A stretch of 64,000 nucleotides of DNA from a bacterium (GCA_023249975.1 JAHFBP010000007.1:12198-76197), one strand, 5' to 3'; shown: positions 9,161 to 19,937, counted from the stretch's first letter. The notes: a model not told the origin generated them from the letters alone. Numbers and translations: made by a program.

Positions 9161-10645
9161 CTAAAAGTTCACGCCACCTTTAATATATCCCGTCAAGAAT
9201 TTCATCCCCACATTGCTCATAGCATAAAAATCATATACCACGCCCGCACTGAATGAAGCGACATAATCGTCAACTTCACGCGTGCAGGAAAGTGATGCAA
9301 ATACCTGAAATTGGAATAATTCTGGCGTCTCAATATCTTTCAACAATAATTGTGCTTTATTAATGACGATTGATCCTGGCGCAATATTTGCAGAATTGGT
9401 TTCATCAAACGCCGTTGCCGTGCTGTAGATTTTGCTCGCAATTGCATACGCATTGTCTTCCCATGTGTCGATTTCTACTTTTTCTTGTTCAAATGCAAAC
9501 AAACCTGCCCCTGTCGTAAGCGCTATGCCATCTTTTTCCAATGAAAATGCTGCCACTACCTCAAACTGTTGTCCTGGTTTAACTTTATAATCACGTGTCA
9601 GCACATTTGCCAAGGGGAAAAGTGGCACATTAATTTGGTTGTTTTTTCCAGCAAGGTCATACTGTCCCCATTCAATAGTCGCACCCGCCGCATCAAGCAC
9701 ATTTGGGCAACGCATTTCTTTGGCTTTAAATAAATAGCGATAATCAGTCCACAAAAAGCCTTCTAGTGCGATTTTGCCATTATCACGAAACACCATATTC
9801 ACATTCAAATTACCGCCAAGCCCAAAGTGGCCCCCATTGTCAGTCAACGGTTCAAAGATAAATTCGCCCTTACCCTTGCGTCCGGCAGGAATAATTCCAA
9901 AAAATGCTATATCTACGTGACTGCCTGTCCTTTCAATTAATCGATATTGCATTGCAAGTTCAATATCTCCAAAGCCTGTTTTTTTAACAAAACCTGGCGT
10001 GAACTTCATCTTAGTCAAAGCACTTTGCAGCTGAGCTGACGTGATTGCATTGGTCACATTGCCGGTCAAATAATCAAGCAAGCCCACCACAGCCCCATTA
10101 CCCATAGTTTGTTTTGCCGCACTTGCCAAGATTGATTTGGCATTAATGGTTGTTTTAACTTGCATAACAGGCACAGAGACACGTAAAGAAAATCCTTGTA
10201 TGAGATCCTCAAAATCTTGTACAAAATCGATACGCGCGCCATAAGCCTTGCGTTCAGGATCGATAAGTACACGATCATGCAATGTGTTTGTTCCACCACC
10301 ACCACCATTGATGTGAAGAAAATACCCTGGATCAGTAAATTCTGAGATATCCGGAGAAACTCCCATATAATTTTCTATGAGGTTGGTATCTGAATTAAAG
10401 ATCCCAAAATATTTTCCGGTATCCGTAGCTTTGCGGGTGCCTTGATAAAACCCAAGGATTTGCAACTTGCCACCCCGTTGATCTTCGTTGATACGGTCAA
10501 CCTGGGGCTGCAATGCACCAAACACAATTGAACGGTCCTGTGCAGGCTGACGCGTACGCAAAAAATTATGGTTGTATTCAATCGTTTTTGCTTGAATTCC
10601 GTGAGAAATTAAACAGACTGCCAACAGTTTTTTGTAGTTCACCAC
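9161..10645 (-). CDS. Hypothetical outer-membrane beta-barrel-like protein
   Basis: Signal peptide, GFGDIEL motif, amphipathic beta-strands, C-terminal Phe (GGVNF). Confidence 0.65.
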   Translation of the reverse strand: MVNYKKLLAVCLISHGIQAKTIEYNHNFLRTRQPAQDRSIVFGALQPQVDRINEDQRGGKLQILGFYQGTRKATDTGKYFGIFNSDTNLIENYMGVSPDISEFTDPGYFLHINGGGGGTNTLHDRVLIDPERKAYGARIDFVQDFEDLIQGFSLRVSVPVMQVKTTINAKSILASAAKQTMGNGAVVGLLDYLTGNVTNAITSAQLQSALTKMKFTPGFVKKTGFGDIELAMQYRLIERTGSHVDIAFFGIIPAGRKGKGEFIFEPLTDNGGHFGLGGNLNVNMVFRDNGKIALEGFLWTDYRYLFKAKEMRCPNVLDAAGATIEWGQYDLAGKNNQINVPLFPLANVLTRDYKVKPGQQFEVVAAFSLEKDGIALTTGAGLFAFEQEKVEIDTWEDNAYAIASKIYSTATAFDETNSANIAPGSIVINKAQLLLKDIETPELFQFQVFASLSCTREVDDYVASFSAGVVYDFYAMSNVGMKFLTGYIKGGVNF

Positions 10646-10695
10646 TTATCTCCTGACCTAGCCGACCTTTTAACCTGGCACAACTATGGCAAAAC

Positions 10696-11499
10696 TTACT
10701 GCATGGCTTCAACATTTAAAACCGATACATCAGAAGATGGAATTATTTTCTTGGATTTTTTTCTTGATGATGCCGAAAGTTTTTTGGGCACGACTGCCTT
10801 TTTAGGCTTTACAATACGAGGTTTTGCCGTTTTGCGCACCACAGCTTTTTTATCTTTTGGCTCTTTTGCTTTTTTTGCCGAAACTTTTTTTGGCTTTGTT
10901 TTTTTAGGAGCTGCAGTTCTGAGTTTATCTTTAGAGCCCTTGGCCGGCTCACCCATGGCATAATCTAAATTCCCACCCAGCAACAAGGCACCCATCGCCA
11001 CTTTTTCTTCATTGACGGCAACCAATTCTTCACGTTCTTGTTTTTCTTGTTCAACCTTTTGTTTTTCACGCTTTTTTTCTTGCGCAATTTCAGCGGACCG
11101 CTCATCCTCCTGCACGGAATGGGCCAAATGAATACGTGACGGTCCATCCGGCCATCGCTCAAGTGATTTGGCTTTAATCTCACCCACATGCTCATTAAAT
11201 ATGCCGTCATGTTTTTTATTCAAAGCATGAGCTTTATTCACCAGTGCAAACACTTTGCGTTCCAGTGGCCCACGTGCCCACAAACTATCATTTTCAAGCA
11301 CCATATATAAATCTACAAATCCATGATGCGCCATATCAGGGCCCGACAATTCCGCATGAATATGATCCAGAAATGCAGGTAATCCTTCTTTGATCGGCGT
11401 AATGGGCTCGCGACACTGTGCTCTACGATCAACAGCTGTCAGTAAAATCATTACAACACAGGCTATTGCTGATAAAAGAACAACCGCTCGCCTCATCAT
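10696..11499 (-). CDS. Hypothetical protein with N-terminal TM, coiled coil and Lys/Ala/Pro-rich basic tail
   Basis: 267-aa ORF; tail PKKTKPKKVSAKKAKEPK... Confidence 0.7.
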   Translation of the reverse strand: MMRRAVVLLSAIACVVMILLTAVDRRAQCREPITPIKEGLPAFLDHIHAELSGPDMAHHGFVDLYMVLENDSLWARGPLERKVFALVNKAHALNKKHDGIFNEHVGEIKAKSLERWPDGPSRIHLAHSVQEDERSAEIAQEKKREKQKVEQEKQEREELVAVNEEKVAMGALLLGGNLDYAMGEPAKGSKDKLRTAAPKKTKPKKVSAKKAKEPKDKKAVVRKTAKPRIVKPKKAVVPKKLSASSRKKSKKIIPSSDVSVLNVEAMQ

Positions 11500-12803
11500 C
11501 AGCTTGACACCTGATTTCCATAACTAGCTTTGGCATTAGTAACCGCTTTGATCATAGGAGTCAGTTCCCCCTGAGATGCGGCATCAGTAAAAAGATTTAG
11601 ACCTGTGGCCGAAGTAACCTGTGTCACAAAAGTAAGGAACATATCATACGCCTGCCCTGTCAAACCGCGGCCCAAGTAGGAAGTCTTAAGCGCATATTTG
11701 CCATTTTGATTATAACTAGCCCCATTAAATCCACCACCAATACAATTCAAGATGATAAATCCACCTAATTTAGGTTGCACTTTTATCAAATCAGAATGTT
11801 TGTAAATAAGCTGATATAAAACTGTAAGTGCTGTTATATATTGTGCCTGGGCTCCTACAAAATCTTTCTTGTTCCATGATTGAAAAGCATTGGTAAACAG
11901 AACATCAACAGATGCCTTTATTTCTAATTCAGCCGCATTTTCTTGCGCAGCAAGTGTTGCAGGATCAGTTGACACAACCGCTTTTGTAACACCAGTAACA
12001 GCCGCGGTCAATGTGCCTGCAAAATTGGCGGGAGTAACTGTTACAACGGCTGAAGTTTGTGTCACACCAGGATTACTGTAGCCAGAATACCAATTGTTCA
12101 CATAAGATCTGCGGGGATTATTAAGAGGCTGTGCTCTGTCAAGAGCATCCAATTGCGCCATTAATATTGCTTGATTCTGAGTCAGCTGAGCCAAATTAGC
12201 AGTTGTTGCTGGATAGGTACCTACAAAAGGAAGAAGTGCATTGGTAAACACGGACCAATTGAGCCCTTTATTAGTACCTGACGACCAAGGATTTGTAGGG
12301 TTGTTTGCCGTTGAAATACGACTTTCCGCATTAGTCAGCAAACTGAAAATTTTTGCCAAAACTGCAGAACTGTACGAAGATGGGCTGGCGATGGCATCCA
12401 TATAAGCCCGTAATCCAACCAATCCCGCACGAAAATCTTTTTGTTGGTCTGAATCAGCACCAGTTGCTGAATTAATAAGGGTATCAAAATTAGTCAATTC
12501 ACTGACATTTCTCCCGGTTATTCCCGTTCCCGTAACAAGACTTTTCAATTGGGCCAGATATCCCTGCTGCACATTATATGCCGCCTGTGCTTGATCTTGA
12601 GTTACAACACCTGACGCTACTGGAGCGACTGAGCTACTTACTCCAGCCTGAGTTACAACCTGGGAGCTTGATTGAGCCACTGGTTGCGAGAAGCCTACTG
12701 CCGCAGGAGCCTGACGTGTTTCTGCCAATCTAGGCTGAACCACGCTGGATGCATATGTCATCCCCAAAAACAAACCTAAACTTACAATGCGCTTGATATT
12801 CAT
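11499..12803 (-). CDS. Hypothetical secreted Ala/Thr/Gln-rich protein
   Basis: GGAGG RBS before MNIKRIVSLGLFLGMTYA. Confidence 0.75.
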   Translation of the reverse strand: MNIKRIVSLGLFLGMTYASSVVQPRLAETRQAPAAVGFSQPVAQSSSQVVTQAGVSSSVAPVASGVVTQDQAQAAYNVQQGYLAQLKSLVTGTGITGRNVSELTNFDTLINSATGADSDQQKDFRAGLVGLRAYMDAIASPSSYSSAVLAKIFSLLTNAESRISTANNPTNPWSSGTNKGLNWSVFTNALLPFVGTYPATTANLAQLTQNQAILMAQLDALDRAQPLNNPRRSYVNNWYSGYSNPGVTQTSAVVTVTPANFAGTLTAAVTGVTKAVVSTDPATLAAQENAAELEIKASVDVLFTNAFQSWNKKDFVGAQAQYITALTVLYQLIYKHSDLIKVQPKLGGFIILNCIGGGFNGASYNQNGKYALKTSYLGRGLTGQAYDMFLTFVTQVTSATGLNLFTDAASQGELTPMIKAVTNAKASYGNQVSS

Positions 12804-12862
12804 ATCAGCCTCCACTCAATTACGATCAGTCCCATTATTTTATACTTTACAACCTCAAATTA

Positions 12863-13363
12863 TTAATGCCCAACAACCATATTCACCACAAAATTAATCG
12901 CCTCTTGTTGAGTTTTGCCCGTACCCATCAATCCACGAGCTCGAGTAAACAAGTGAGGAGTTTTTGCCAAAAGTCCCGCATACAGTGGGTCGGTAATGGC
13001 GTTGCCATAGGCATCATTCAAATATTTTTTTACATCATCGCCCGAAAGCTGTCCACGTCGCGAGTATTCGGCAAAAAGACTATTGAGTACATCGGATATC
13101 CACGTTTGTTCTGGAGTCGGGGTAGTCGGTGCAACTGCAGATACTGCTGAAATTGGTGCCGCTTGAATTTGTGATGCAGGGGCCGCTAACAAAGTTGCGT
13201 CCGAAAGAGTAGAGCTTCCATCCCGCACGGCTGCAGCATCCTGCCGATTTGCAGCACGATTCGCAATGCGATTTTGACTCGTCGTTGTGACAATTGCTGC
13301 ATCACAATTGCTTCCAAAAACTAATGTGGCAAACATCAACCCCGCATATTGAATGAACTTCAT
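12863..13363 (-). CDS. Hypothetical secreted protein
   Basis: Signal peptide, AGGGGG RBS. Confidence 0.7.
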   Translation of the reverse strand: MKFIQYAGLMFATLVFGSNCDAAIVTTTSQNRIANRAANRQDAAAVRDGSSTLSDATLLAAPASQIQAAPISAVSAVAPTTPTPEQTWISDVLNSLFAEYSRRGQLSGDDVKKYLNDAYGNAITDPLYAGLLAKTPHLFTRARGLMGTGKTQQEAINFVVNMVVGH

Positions 13364-13384
13364 AATTCCCCCTTTTTCAAAAAA

Positions 13385-15226
13385 CTATTCTGCTTTTATC
13401 GATCTATTTCTTCGTGTAGCCCTTGTCCGCTTAGCTGCATCTTTAGTCTTCTCAAATTCAGCTCTTTTCGTATCGAGACCAAACTCGTGAACATCACTTG
13501 TTGCGGCAAATGGACGAACTGATTCGGAAAGAATTCGTGAGCTCAGCCTTCCTTTTTGTGCTTCGCCTGAATATTTTCCACCTTCTTCATCACCAAATGC
13601 GTCATTAATCATTTTTGTACGCCGATCAAATTCCTCAGCGCCAAGAGCCGCTTTGACATCGTTATCAAATGCGCCCTTGGTTTGATGTTCTTTAATTTTT
13701 GCTTCCAAAGCAAAATGTGAACGGTAATCTGGAGGAAGAACATAACGCTGTGCCAAATGCGCAGTGTCAATATGCAATGCACCGGCAACACTTCGTTTTA
13801 AATCACGCACAGGTGCAGCAACTTTTTTAAAGCCTGCTTTAATAAGTTTTTGGGCATATTCTTTGTCAGTAAGTCTCTTCCCTTTTTCATCAACATCCGG
13901 CACCAATGCCTTAATAACATATTCAGGAACCGGTTCTTTGTCGCGCCGCCCTTCGGTTGCCTTAATCCAAGCCTCTGCTTGCAGTGCTTGCCCCTCACGC
14001 AATTGAGCAATTGATTTAATTTTTTTGGCAATTTCACCTTCGCGTCGAGCATCTATTTTGTCAGCATTGCCAACACTCAAGATTGTTTTAATATTTGCCC
14101 ATACCCCGCGAACTTTGCCTGTTTTAGAATCTTTCACAAGATTGGCCAGACTGTTTCTTCTATTTTTCAATAATATGTCTGAATTTAAAAATTGTTTATT
14201 CAAAACGCCAGTATGAAAATAATTGTAAACACTGTTACGCAAGGGCTTGGCTGTCCCATAATAATGAATTTTATGGAGCCATTTTGTCATGCGGCTGCGT
14301 TCTTCTTTTTCAAACTCACTTTTCACTTCATCCACGTTTCTTCGGGTCTGCACTTCGTCAAATCGAGCGAGCAATGCCTTGCGCTGCAATTGAGCATATC
14401 GAGCCACGTCATCCTCACCCGCAACATTCCGAAGAGTTACCCGGCGGTCCAACTGCGCAACTTCATTTTCAACCGCTTTCAGGTCAGCAAAAGCGTCAAA
14501 TGCTTTTTTTTTGTATTCTTTTGCTTTATCTTGCGCAATTGCCTCACCCGTAAACGGATCTAATGATTTTTGGTTTTTTTCATCTTTACTTAATTTGTCT
14601 GGCGCAAATTGGGACAACACCGCAAACATCCGGCTCAATTGAACTGCTTCAGCTTTGATATCACGAGGATCACTCTCTGTGAGAGCTTTTTTATGATTTT
14701 CAATTTCCGCATCATATCTTCTTTTCAATTCATCAAAAAATGTATCCTTATTTTTGCCATCAAGTTCCTCTGGCTTAAATCCCAGATACCGCGCCATGTC
14801 GACAATATCAATCTTTTTGGGAATAGAGCGCGTTCCTGCACGATACTTTGAAGTATCAAATGTCACACTTTTTAAATCGGAACTAGCCAACTTTTCACGT
14901 GCACGAAACCATTGGTAATCTTCCATTTTTCGTAACTGCAAATCATCAGGTGAATTTTCTTCAAATTCACGCTCTGTTAATTCTTTAATTTTATCCTTCA
15001 CCTGTTCATCAAGTTTTTCGGGAGTCTCTATTTTGTCTGTCTCTGTAATATTGGGATTAATATCAAGATCAACCATCACATCGCCATAACTTTTCCAAGG
15101 GCGATTTTCAGGAGCTGATTTAATGGGAGTTGCCAGGGTTTCTGCAGGCACTGTTGTGCTGGGCATTATCCCCACAAAATTTTGGCTCAATATTGCAAGT
15201 ATGATAACCACCCACCACTTTTTCAT
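13385..15226 (-). CDS. Hypothetical secreted charged helical protein
   Basis: 613 aa, MKKWWVVIILAIL signal, GGAG RBS. Confidence 0.8.
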   Translation of the reverse strand: MKKWWVVIILAILSQNFVGIMPSTTVPAETLATPIKSAPENRPWKSYGDVMVDLDINPNITETDKIETPEKLDEQVKDKIKELTEREFEENSPDDLQLRKMEDYQWFRAREKLASSDLKSVTFDTSKYRAGTRSIPKKIDIVDMARYLGFKPEELDGKNKDTFFDELKRRYDAEIENHKKALTESDPRDIKAEAVQLSRMFAVLSQFAPDKLSKDEKNQKSLDPFTGEAIAQDKAKEYKKKAFDAFADLKAVENEVAQLDRRVTLRNVAGEDDVARYAQLQRKALLARFDEVQTRRNVDEVKSEFEKEERSRMTKWLHKIHYYGTAKPLRNSVYNYFHTGVLNKQFLNSDILLKNRRNSLANLVKDSKTGKVRGVWANIKTILSVGNADKIDARREGEIAKKIKSIAQLREGQALQAEAWIKATEGRRDKEPVPEYVIKALVPDVDEKGKRLTDKEYAQKLIKAGFKKVAAPVRDLKRSVAGALHIDTAHLAQRYVLPPDYRSHFALEAKIKEHQTKGAFDNDVKAALGAEEFDRRTKMINDAFGDEEGGKYSGEAQKGRLSSRILSESVRPFAATSDVHEFGLDTKRAEFEKTKDAAKRTRATRRNRSIKAE

Positions 15227-15246
15227 GCATTACTCCATCAAAATTA

Positions 15247-17064
15247 TCAATGTTTTACAGTTTTAATCTGACCAGTTCTTTGACGTTTCTTAAACTCTTC
15301 CGCATGTTGTTTTGCACTTGTTTTTGAAACCTTTTCTTTTGTGACTAAAGGAACCCACACCTCTCCTTTGATCGTTGATTCTTTTGATATTATGTCTTTA
15401 TTTTTTTTACCTATCACAAAATTTTTAATTTTTTCGATTAAGCCAATTGATTTATTTTTAACATATTCTTTAACTTTTAACTCAGAAGCTATATGTCCTT
15501 CATTTTCAGTAATTTTACCATCGGCAGCAGTTGCATCTGATCTAATTTGTTCTATATCCTTGAATCGTATTAAACTTTCTGATGTTTTTTTATTGACTCG
15601 TAATTTATGCATTTCTGCAGATTTTTGGTGCAATAACTTCATAAATTGGGGTGTGTACATACCAAGAGCGGCTCTCCAAAATGCTTGTTCTTGAATATAT
15701 CGCCGAGCTCGATAATATTCAGACTTCGCAAAATATTCCCACTCTGCAATGTCTGCGCCATGCAAAGTTAATGCTGCCTTGTATTCTGCCAACGACAATT
15801 GTTTCTTCTTCACCAACTCAATCTTTATGGCATTATTATTTGCATCAAGAAACTCCCGCTCTATTTCTTTCTCTTTTTTTGTAACATCAAGCATAGTGGT
15901 ATTAAATAATAATTTAGCTTCTACGATATGCTCATATGCTTTAGTTGCTTGCTCAATTCTTACCAAAGGCATTCGATTGTTGTAATGAGCATTTTTTGTT
16001 GGAGCAGTTTCGTCTTTGAGCGCATCCTTAGCTAAATCAGAATGATATTTAAATAGGTTTAATTTTTCATCTAAAGATGAATCTAATTCTTTAAAATCAC
16101 TCAGCTTATAGTTTATTAAATCTCTATTATTTCCTTGCCCTGCTTGAACTCTATTTCGATTAGCTTTAGCTAAATCACCCATTAATTTTTGATATATTGT
16201 GATAGCATTACCATAAGCTTCAACCTCTTTGATCATATCGGCTTTATTGCCCCAAAAAAGAGACTCTGTTTTCATATCTCGATTGCGAAGCCAATTTTTA
16301 AACGCAATGCCAACTTTATAGAGCACCCCAAGTGCAACAATTGCCGTTGGAATCGCTGCCAAAATTTTGGGGTCTTGAAGTCCCGCATATATCTTCCCCC
16401 AAACACCCCCAATTGGTGCAGAAACCGTTGTGCCCGTAGGAATTGTTGCACTGCCCACTATTGCTGCATCTTGATTGGCAATAGACTGCTGTAGTGCCGT
16501 CGCATCTGGCTGACCAGCTCCCGGCACCTGCAAACCTCCTGTAATTTGCAAATCAGGAGGAGAATTGGCATCAATCAATTTTTGCATAGCAATCAATTGA
16601 TCAGTTGTTTTAGTATTTTCAGTTGAAGCATTAGCCGTCTGGGTATCTCCAGAAGTTGTTGAGATGGTCCCTGTCTCAGTTGAACCAAGGCCCCCTGTAA
16701 TTTGTAAATGAGTAATATTTCCATCCTCATCTACTTCCGGAATTGGACCTGTACCATTGGCAGCTGCTGCAAGAATCGGTGTCGCCATAGCATTGTTCCA
16801 TGCACCATTCATAGCATTTGCAAGCGTATTAATATCATTTTGAGACTGTTGTACCTGAGCCAAATCCTCATCTGGGGTAAGATCTGGAGTTGTTGAAATC
16901 CCTTCTAGTGGGGTCCCTTTGACAATTTTTGCGACAATCGCATCGGTAGGATCAACGGCAGGAGCTGCAGGTAGAGCTGTTAAAGCTGGCTTTGATGCAC
17001 ACACCATTGAAGTGCATGTGATTGAAAAAATGAGGCTCGTCATCAAAACTCGTGCATAAATCAC
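15247..17064 (-). CDS. Secreted/single-TM coiled-coil protein, paralog of 17167-18786
   Basis: Signal peptide, Thr/Ala/Gly-rich N-half, TM (AAIPTAIVALGVLY), basic helical C-half; start approximate. Confidence 0.75.
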   Translation of the reverse strand: MIYARVLMTSLIFSITCTSMVCASKPALTALPAAPAVDPTDAIVAKIVKGTPLEGISTTPDLTPDEDLAQVQQSQNDINTLANAMNGAWNNAMATPILAAAANGTGPIPEVDEDGNITHLQITGGLGSTETGTISTTSGDTQTANASTENTKTTDQLIAMQKLIDANSPPDLQITGGLQVPGAGQPDATALQQSIANQDAAIVGSATIPTGTTVSAPIGGVWGKIYAGLQDPKILAAIPTAIVALGVLYKVGIAFKNWLRNRDMKTESLFWGNKADMIKEVEAYGNAITIYQKLMGDLAKANRNRVQAGQGNNRDLINYKLSDFKELDSSLDEKLNLFKYHSDLAKDALKDETAPTKNAHYNNRMPLVRIEQATKAYEHIVEAKLLFNTTMLDVTKKEKEIEREFLDANNNAIKIELVKKKQLSLAEYKAALTLHGADIAEWEYFAKSEYYRARRYIQEQAFWRAALGMYTPQFMKLLHQKSAEMHKLRVNKKTSESLIRFKDIEQIRSDATAADGKITENEGHIASELKVKEYVKNKSIGLIEKIKNFVIGKKNKDIISKESTIKGEVWVPLVTKEKVSKTSAKQHAEEFKKRQRTGQIKTVKH

Positions 17065-17166
17065 AACGAAACCCTCAATTTTAAAATTAGCCCCGAGCAC
17101 TCTGATCGTAAATTACACATGGTCATTTTGGCAATATATTACCTGATCGTGCAAATTCATCACAAT

Positions 17167-18786
17167 TTAGGATCCGTGTTTTGGAGACATATGAACCGTT
17201 GATTCTTTTTTTACAGCACCTGTTTTTACACGTGCATGCGCCTCTTGGGCCAAGGTTTTTTGCTCTTCTGCATCTGCTTTCCACGTATGATTTACAATCT
17301 TTCCTTGAATTGGAACGATTCCATTTACCTCCTTCTTTTTTGCTTCTTTTAGAATTAGCTCAGCTCTCTTGAATTTAATTTCGCCGTTATTACGCCTCTG
17401 GGCCAAAGCTGCATAATTTTTATTAGATGTTCTTGAAAAGGGTGCCAATATTGTTTGTTTGGCCTTTTCTATCAAACTTTTTTTCCGAAATTTTATTAAT
17501 TTTTCATTTTGCAAATGAGCGTAATGCTCAGCCTCATTCAAATCAGCTCCATACAATGCAAGTACTGCTTTAAACGTATCCAAAACCTTTTGTTCTTCCT
17601 TAAGTTTTTCTATTTTCGATTCAGCAGAAGGTGCCTTTTCAGTCGAGGCCGCAACTGGTGCCGCATGGACCGTAATGTTTACACTTTTACCCTGCTGATT
17701 TCCGGATTGTTCAGCTGTTTTTTTTGATTTTAACAACTCAAGCGCTATAATTTCTTTGACTATTTTTTCTTCTTTTTCAAGAATGTTTTTCATAATTTTT
17801 GGAAATAATTCTTGTGCTTTATCAACCTCATTATAGATATTCGTGGTATCTTGAACCTTATATGATGGACCCCTTCCTGGTCGGGGAATTAAAGTATCTG
17901 CTGGATTCCACCGAGAAATTTCCAACATTTGATCAAGATGATCAACGGCTCTCTGAGCATGCGCCTTAAAATCTTTCAAATGATTTTGTAGTGTTGCTAC
18001 AAAATCATTATCTTCAAATACTGTCTTTTTCAAAGAATTACTTAAAGAATCCTCTACCCCATCCCTCAATTCTTTGATTTCTTTACGATATTTTGCATTT
18101 TCGGCAGTTATATCTTTATCATCTTTAAATAATTGCCCAACCTTATGTTGATGTTGAACAATAAGAGCCGTAATAATTCCCCCCAGTGCAGATGCTCCGG
18201 CAATTATCCCAATCATCATGGGACTCATAAATGGCGCTGTTCCCACCGCATATTGTGAAGCCCCCGAGGTATCTGTTGCTGGCGTATCTGTAGCAGATAG
18301 ATTCGATGGAGTAGTTGGATCTGAGGCATGAGGCAATGTCACCGTTGTTGTTGCCGGTTGACCAGAAGAAGGTGGAGCAGGAACTTCTCTCAACTGATTT
18401 AAGCCCAAAACTTGTGCTGCTTGTGCATCAAGGCTTGTTACCGTAGCGCCAAGAGTCTGAGCCCCTTCCGAAAGTGCTGATCCCGTTGCATTAGCAACAA
18501 TTGCCATAGTATCAATCGGATGTGCCACAGTTTGATATGTACCAAGCCCACCAACTATTGCGCCCGTTTTTACCGCAGTCCCCGCAACACTCAATCCGTC
18601 TCCAGTCGCCTGAGCCGCAGCTTGCAGTGCATCCCCCGTTTGTTGCGCAGCATCAACAATTGCCGCATTCGTTTGTTGAGCAGCATCAACAATTGTGCCC
18701 AGAACATCTGGCGCACACAACAATCGATTTGAAATTGAAACAAAAATTATGAAAAAAAATTGTAGATGATTGAGCCGCAATTTCAT
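17167..18786 (-). CDS. Secreted/single-TM coiled-coil protein, paralog of 15247-17064
   Basis: Signal peptide, AAQQT repeats, TM (IGIIAGASALGGIITALIV); ALYGADLNEAEHYA matches TLHGADIAEWEYFA in the paralog. Confidence 0.75.
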   Translation of the reverse strand: MKLRLNHLQFFFIIFVSISNRLLCAPDVLGTIVDAAQQTNAAIVDAAQQTGDALQAAAQATGDGLSVAGTAVKTGAIVGGLGTYQTVAHPIDTMAIVANATGSALSEGAQTLGATVTSLDAQAAQVLGLNQLREVPAPPSSGQPATTTVTLPHASDPTTPSNLSATDTPATDTSGASQYAVGTAPFMSPMMIGIIAGASALGGIITALIVQHQHKVGQLFKDDKDITAENAKYRKEIKELRDGVEDSLSNSLKKTVFEDNDFVATLQNHLKDFKAHAQRAVDHLDQMLEISRWNPADTLIPRPGRGPSYKVQDTTNIYNEVDKAQELFPKIMKNILEKEEKIVKEIIALELLKSKKTAEQSGNQQGKSVNITVHAAPVAASTEKAPSAESKIEKLKEEQKVLDTFKAVLALYGADLNEAEHYAHLQNEKLIKFRKKSLIEKAKQTILAPFSRTSNKNYAALAQRRNNGEIKFKRAELILKEAKKKEVNGIVPIQGKIVNHTWKADAEEQKTLAQEAHARVKTGAVKKESTVHMSPKHGS

Positions 18787-18869
18787 GGGCTGATTCTCCA
18801 TTTTTTATTAAATTGCGACGCTACACATCTGGCTTAGGGTAAATTATGCGCTCGCTCTGGTGCAATATA

Positions 18870-19937
18870 TTATATCCGTTCGATGCCCATTCGACTTAGC
18901 TCAGGGCGAACGGACAGGTCATATGCCAAAAAATGACTCACAAATTCCTCAAATGCAGAAAAATCACGTTCCGCCGAACTTTGCAAATATACTGAAAATA
19001 GATTTTTATGCGTCCGAGCAATGGCATGAGCATTGCCAACTTGGTGGTCATCGGCAAATCCCTCAAGAGGAATGAGGAGTGTTTTTTTGCCAAAAAAAGC
19101 TAATTCAAAAATTGAACCCGCGCCCGCGCGCGAGATAACCCTGTCTGCCGCATGGTACAAATTGGCTATATCATGCGTGAATGCAAATACCGTGGCTGGA
19201 ATGGCGTGATCCTGATAGAATCTCTGCCACTTTTGAACATCATCTTCACCCACCTGATGAATAATTTGAACCGATTGTATCCATTGAGGCTGAGCTTTAA
19301 TCAATTTTTCCATGGCATTATTAATCCAGATCGCACCCTTGGAGCCACCCATAACAAAAATGGTCAATTTCCCTATCGCTTCTACTTTGGTCATATTCAA
19401 ATCGCGAGCCGTAAATCGATGCGGGTATTCAACCACCTGGCACCGCTGAGCACACGACGCGTCTTTATCGCACAAGGCATCAATAGCCTTTTCAAATGTC
19501 ACAAAAATACGGTTCGCCCAAGGAGCCACCATCCGCACCGCACGCCCCGGCACAGTGTTAAACTCATACAAATCAATAGAAATGCCCAAATGTCGTGCTG
19601 CAAGCAACACCGGAACACACAGCAGGCCACCTGTGGCCACAACGCGCTCGGGCCGCAACTTTTTCAGGTAACGATAACTGCTAACATACGCCCAGAACAA
19701 TCGCCAAAAAACAAGTATGTAGCCGCCGTTCACGCCACACATGGGATAATAATGAACCAGATTTTGATTTTTAATGCGCGCCAAAACCGTGCGGTCAATG
19801 TCACTGTCGGTTGCAATAAATGAACAGGTAAGATTTGAATTGGACAACTCTTCGCGTTGCGCCATGACCACCGCTGGCATGATGTGCCCCCCGGATGCTC
19901 CTGCCACAAAAACTATATTTCTTTTTTTGCTCATCAC
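18870..19937 (-). CDS. murG: Undecaprenyl-PP-MurNAc-pentapeptide GlcNAc transferase MurG
   Basis: GASGGHIMP, TGG, E.N..PG, GGSKGA, SRAGAGS..E, HQ..NA motifs. Confidence 0.9.
   Translation of the reverse strand: MMSKKRNIVFVAGASGGHIMPAVVMAQREELSNSNLTCSFIATDSDIDRTVLARIKNQNLVHYYPMCGVNGGYILVFWRLFWAYVSSYRYLKKLRPERVVATGGLLCVPVLLAARHLGISIDLYEFNTVPGRAVRMVAPWANRIFVTFEKAIDALCDKDASCAQRCQVVEYPHRFTARDLNMTKVEAIGKLTIFVMGGSKGAIWINNAMEKLIKAQPQWIQSVQIIHQVGEDDVQKWQRFYQDHAIPATVFAFTHDIANLYHAADRVISRAGAGSIFELAFFGKKTLLIPLEGFADDHQVGNAHAIARTHKNLFSVYLQSSAERDFSAFEEFVSHFLAYDLSVRPELSRMGIERI
18872..18914. repeat. REP-like palindromic element forming the 3' end of murG
   Basis: TCCGTTCG...CCATTCGAC..AGCTCAGGGCGAACGGA; shares the TTCGA/CTCAGGGC cores with the elements at 40548, 55181 and 62261. 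Confidence 0.55.

Noticed and set aside
19152-19823. 223-aa + strand ORF
   Set aside because: Entirely antisense to murG with no recognisable motifs; the same applies to the many other short antisense ORFs in the track
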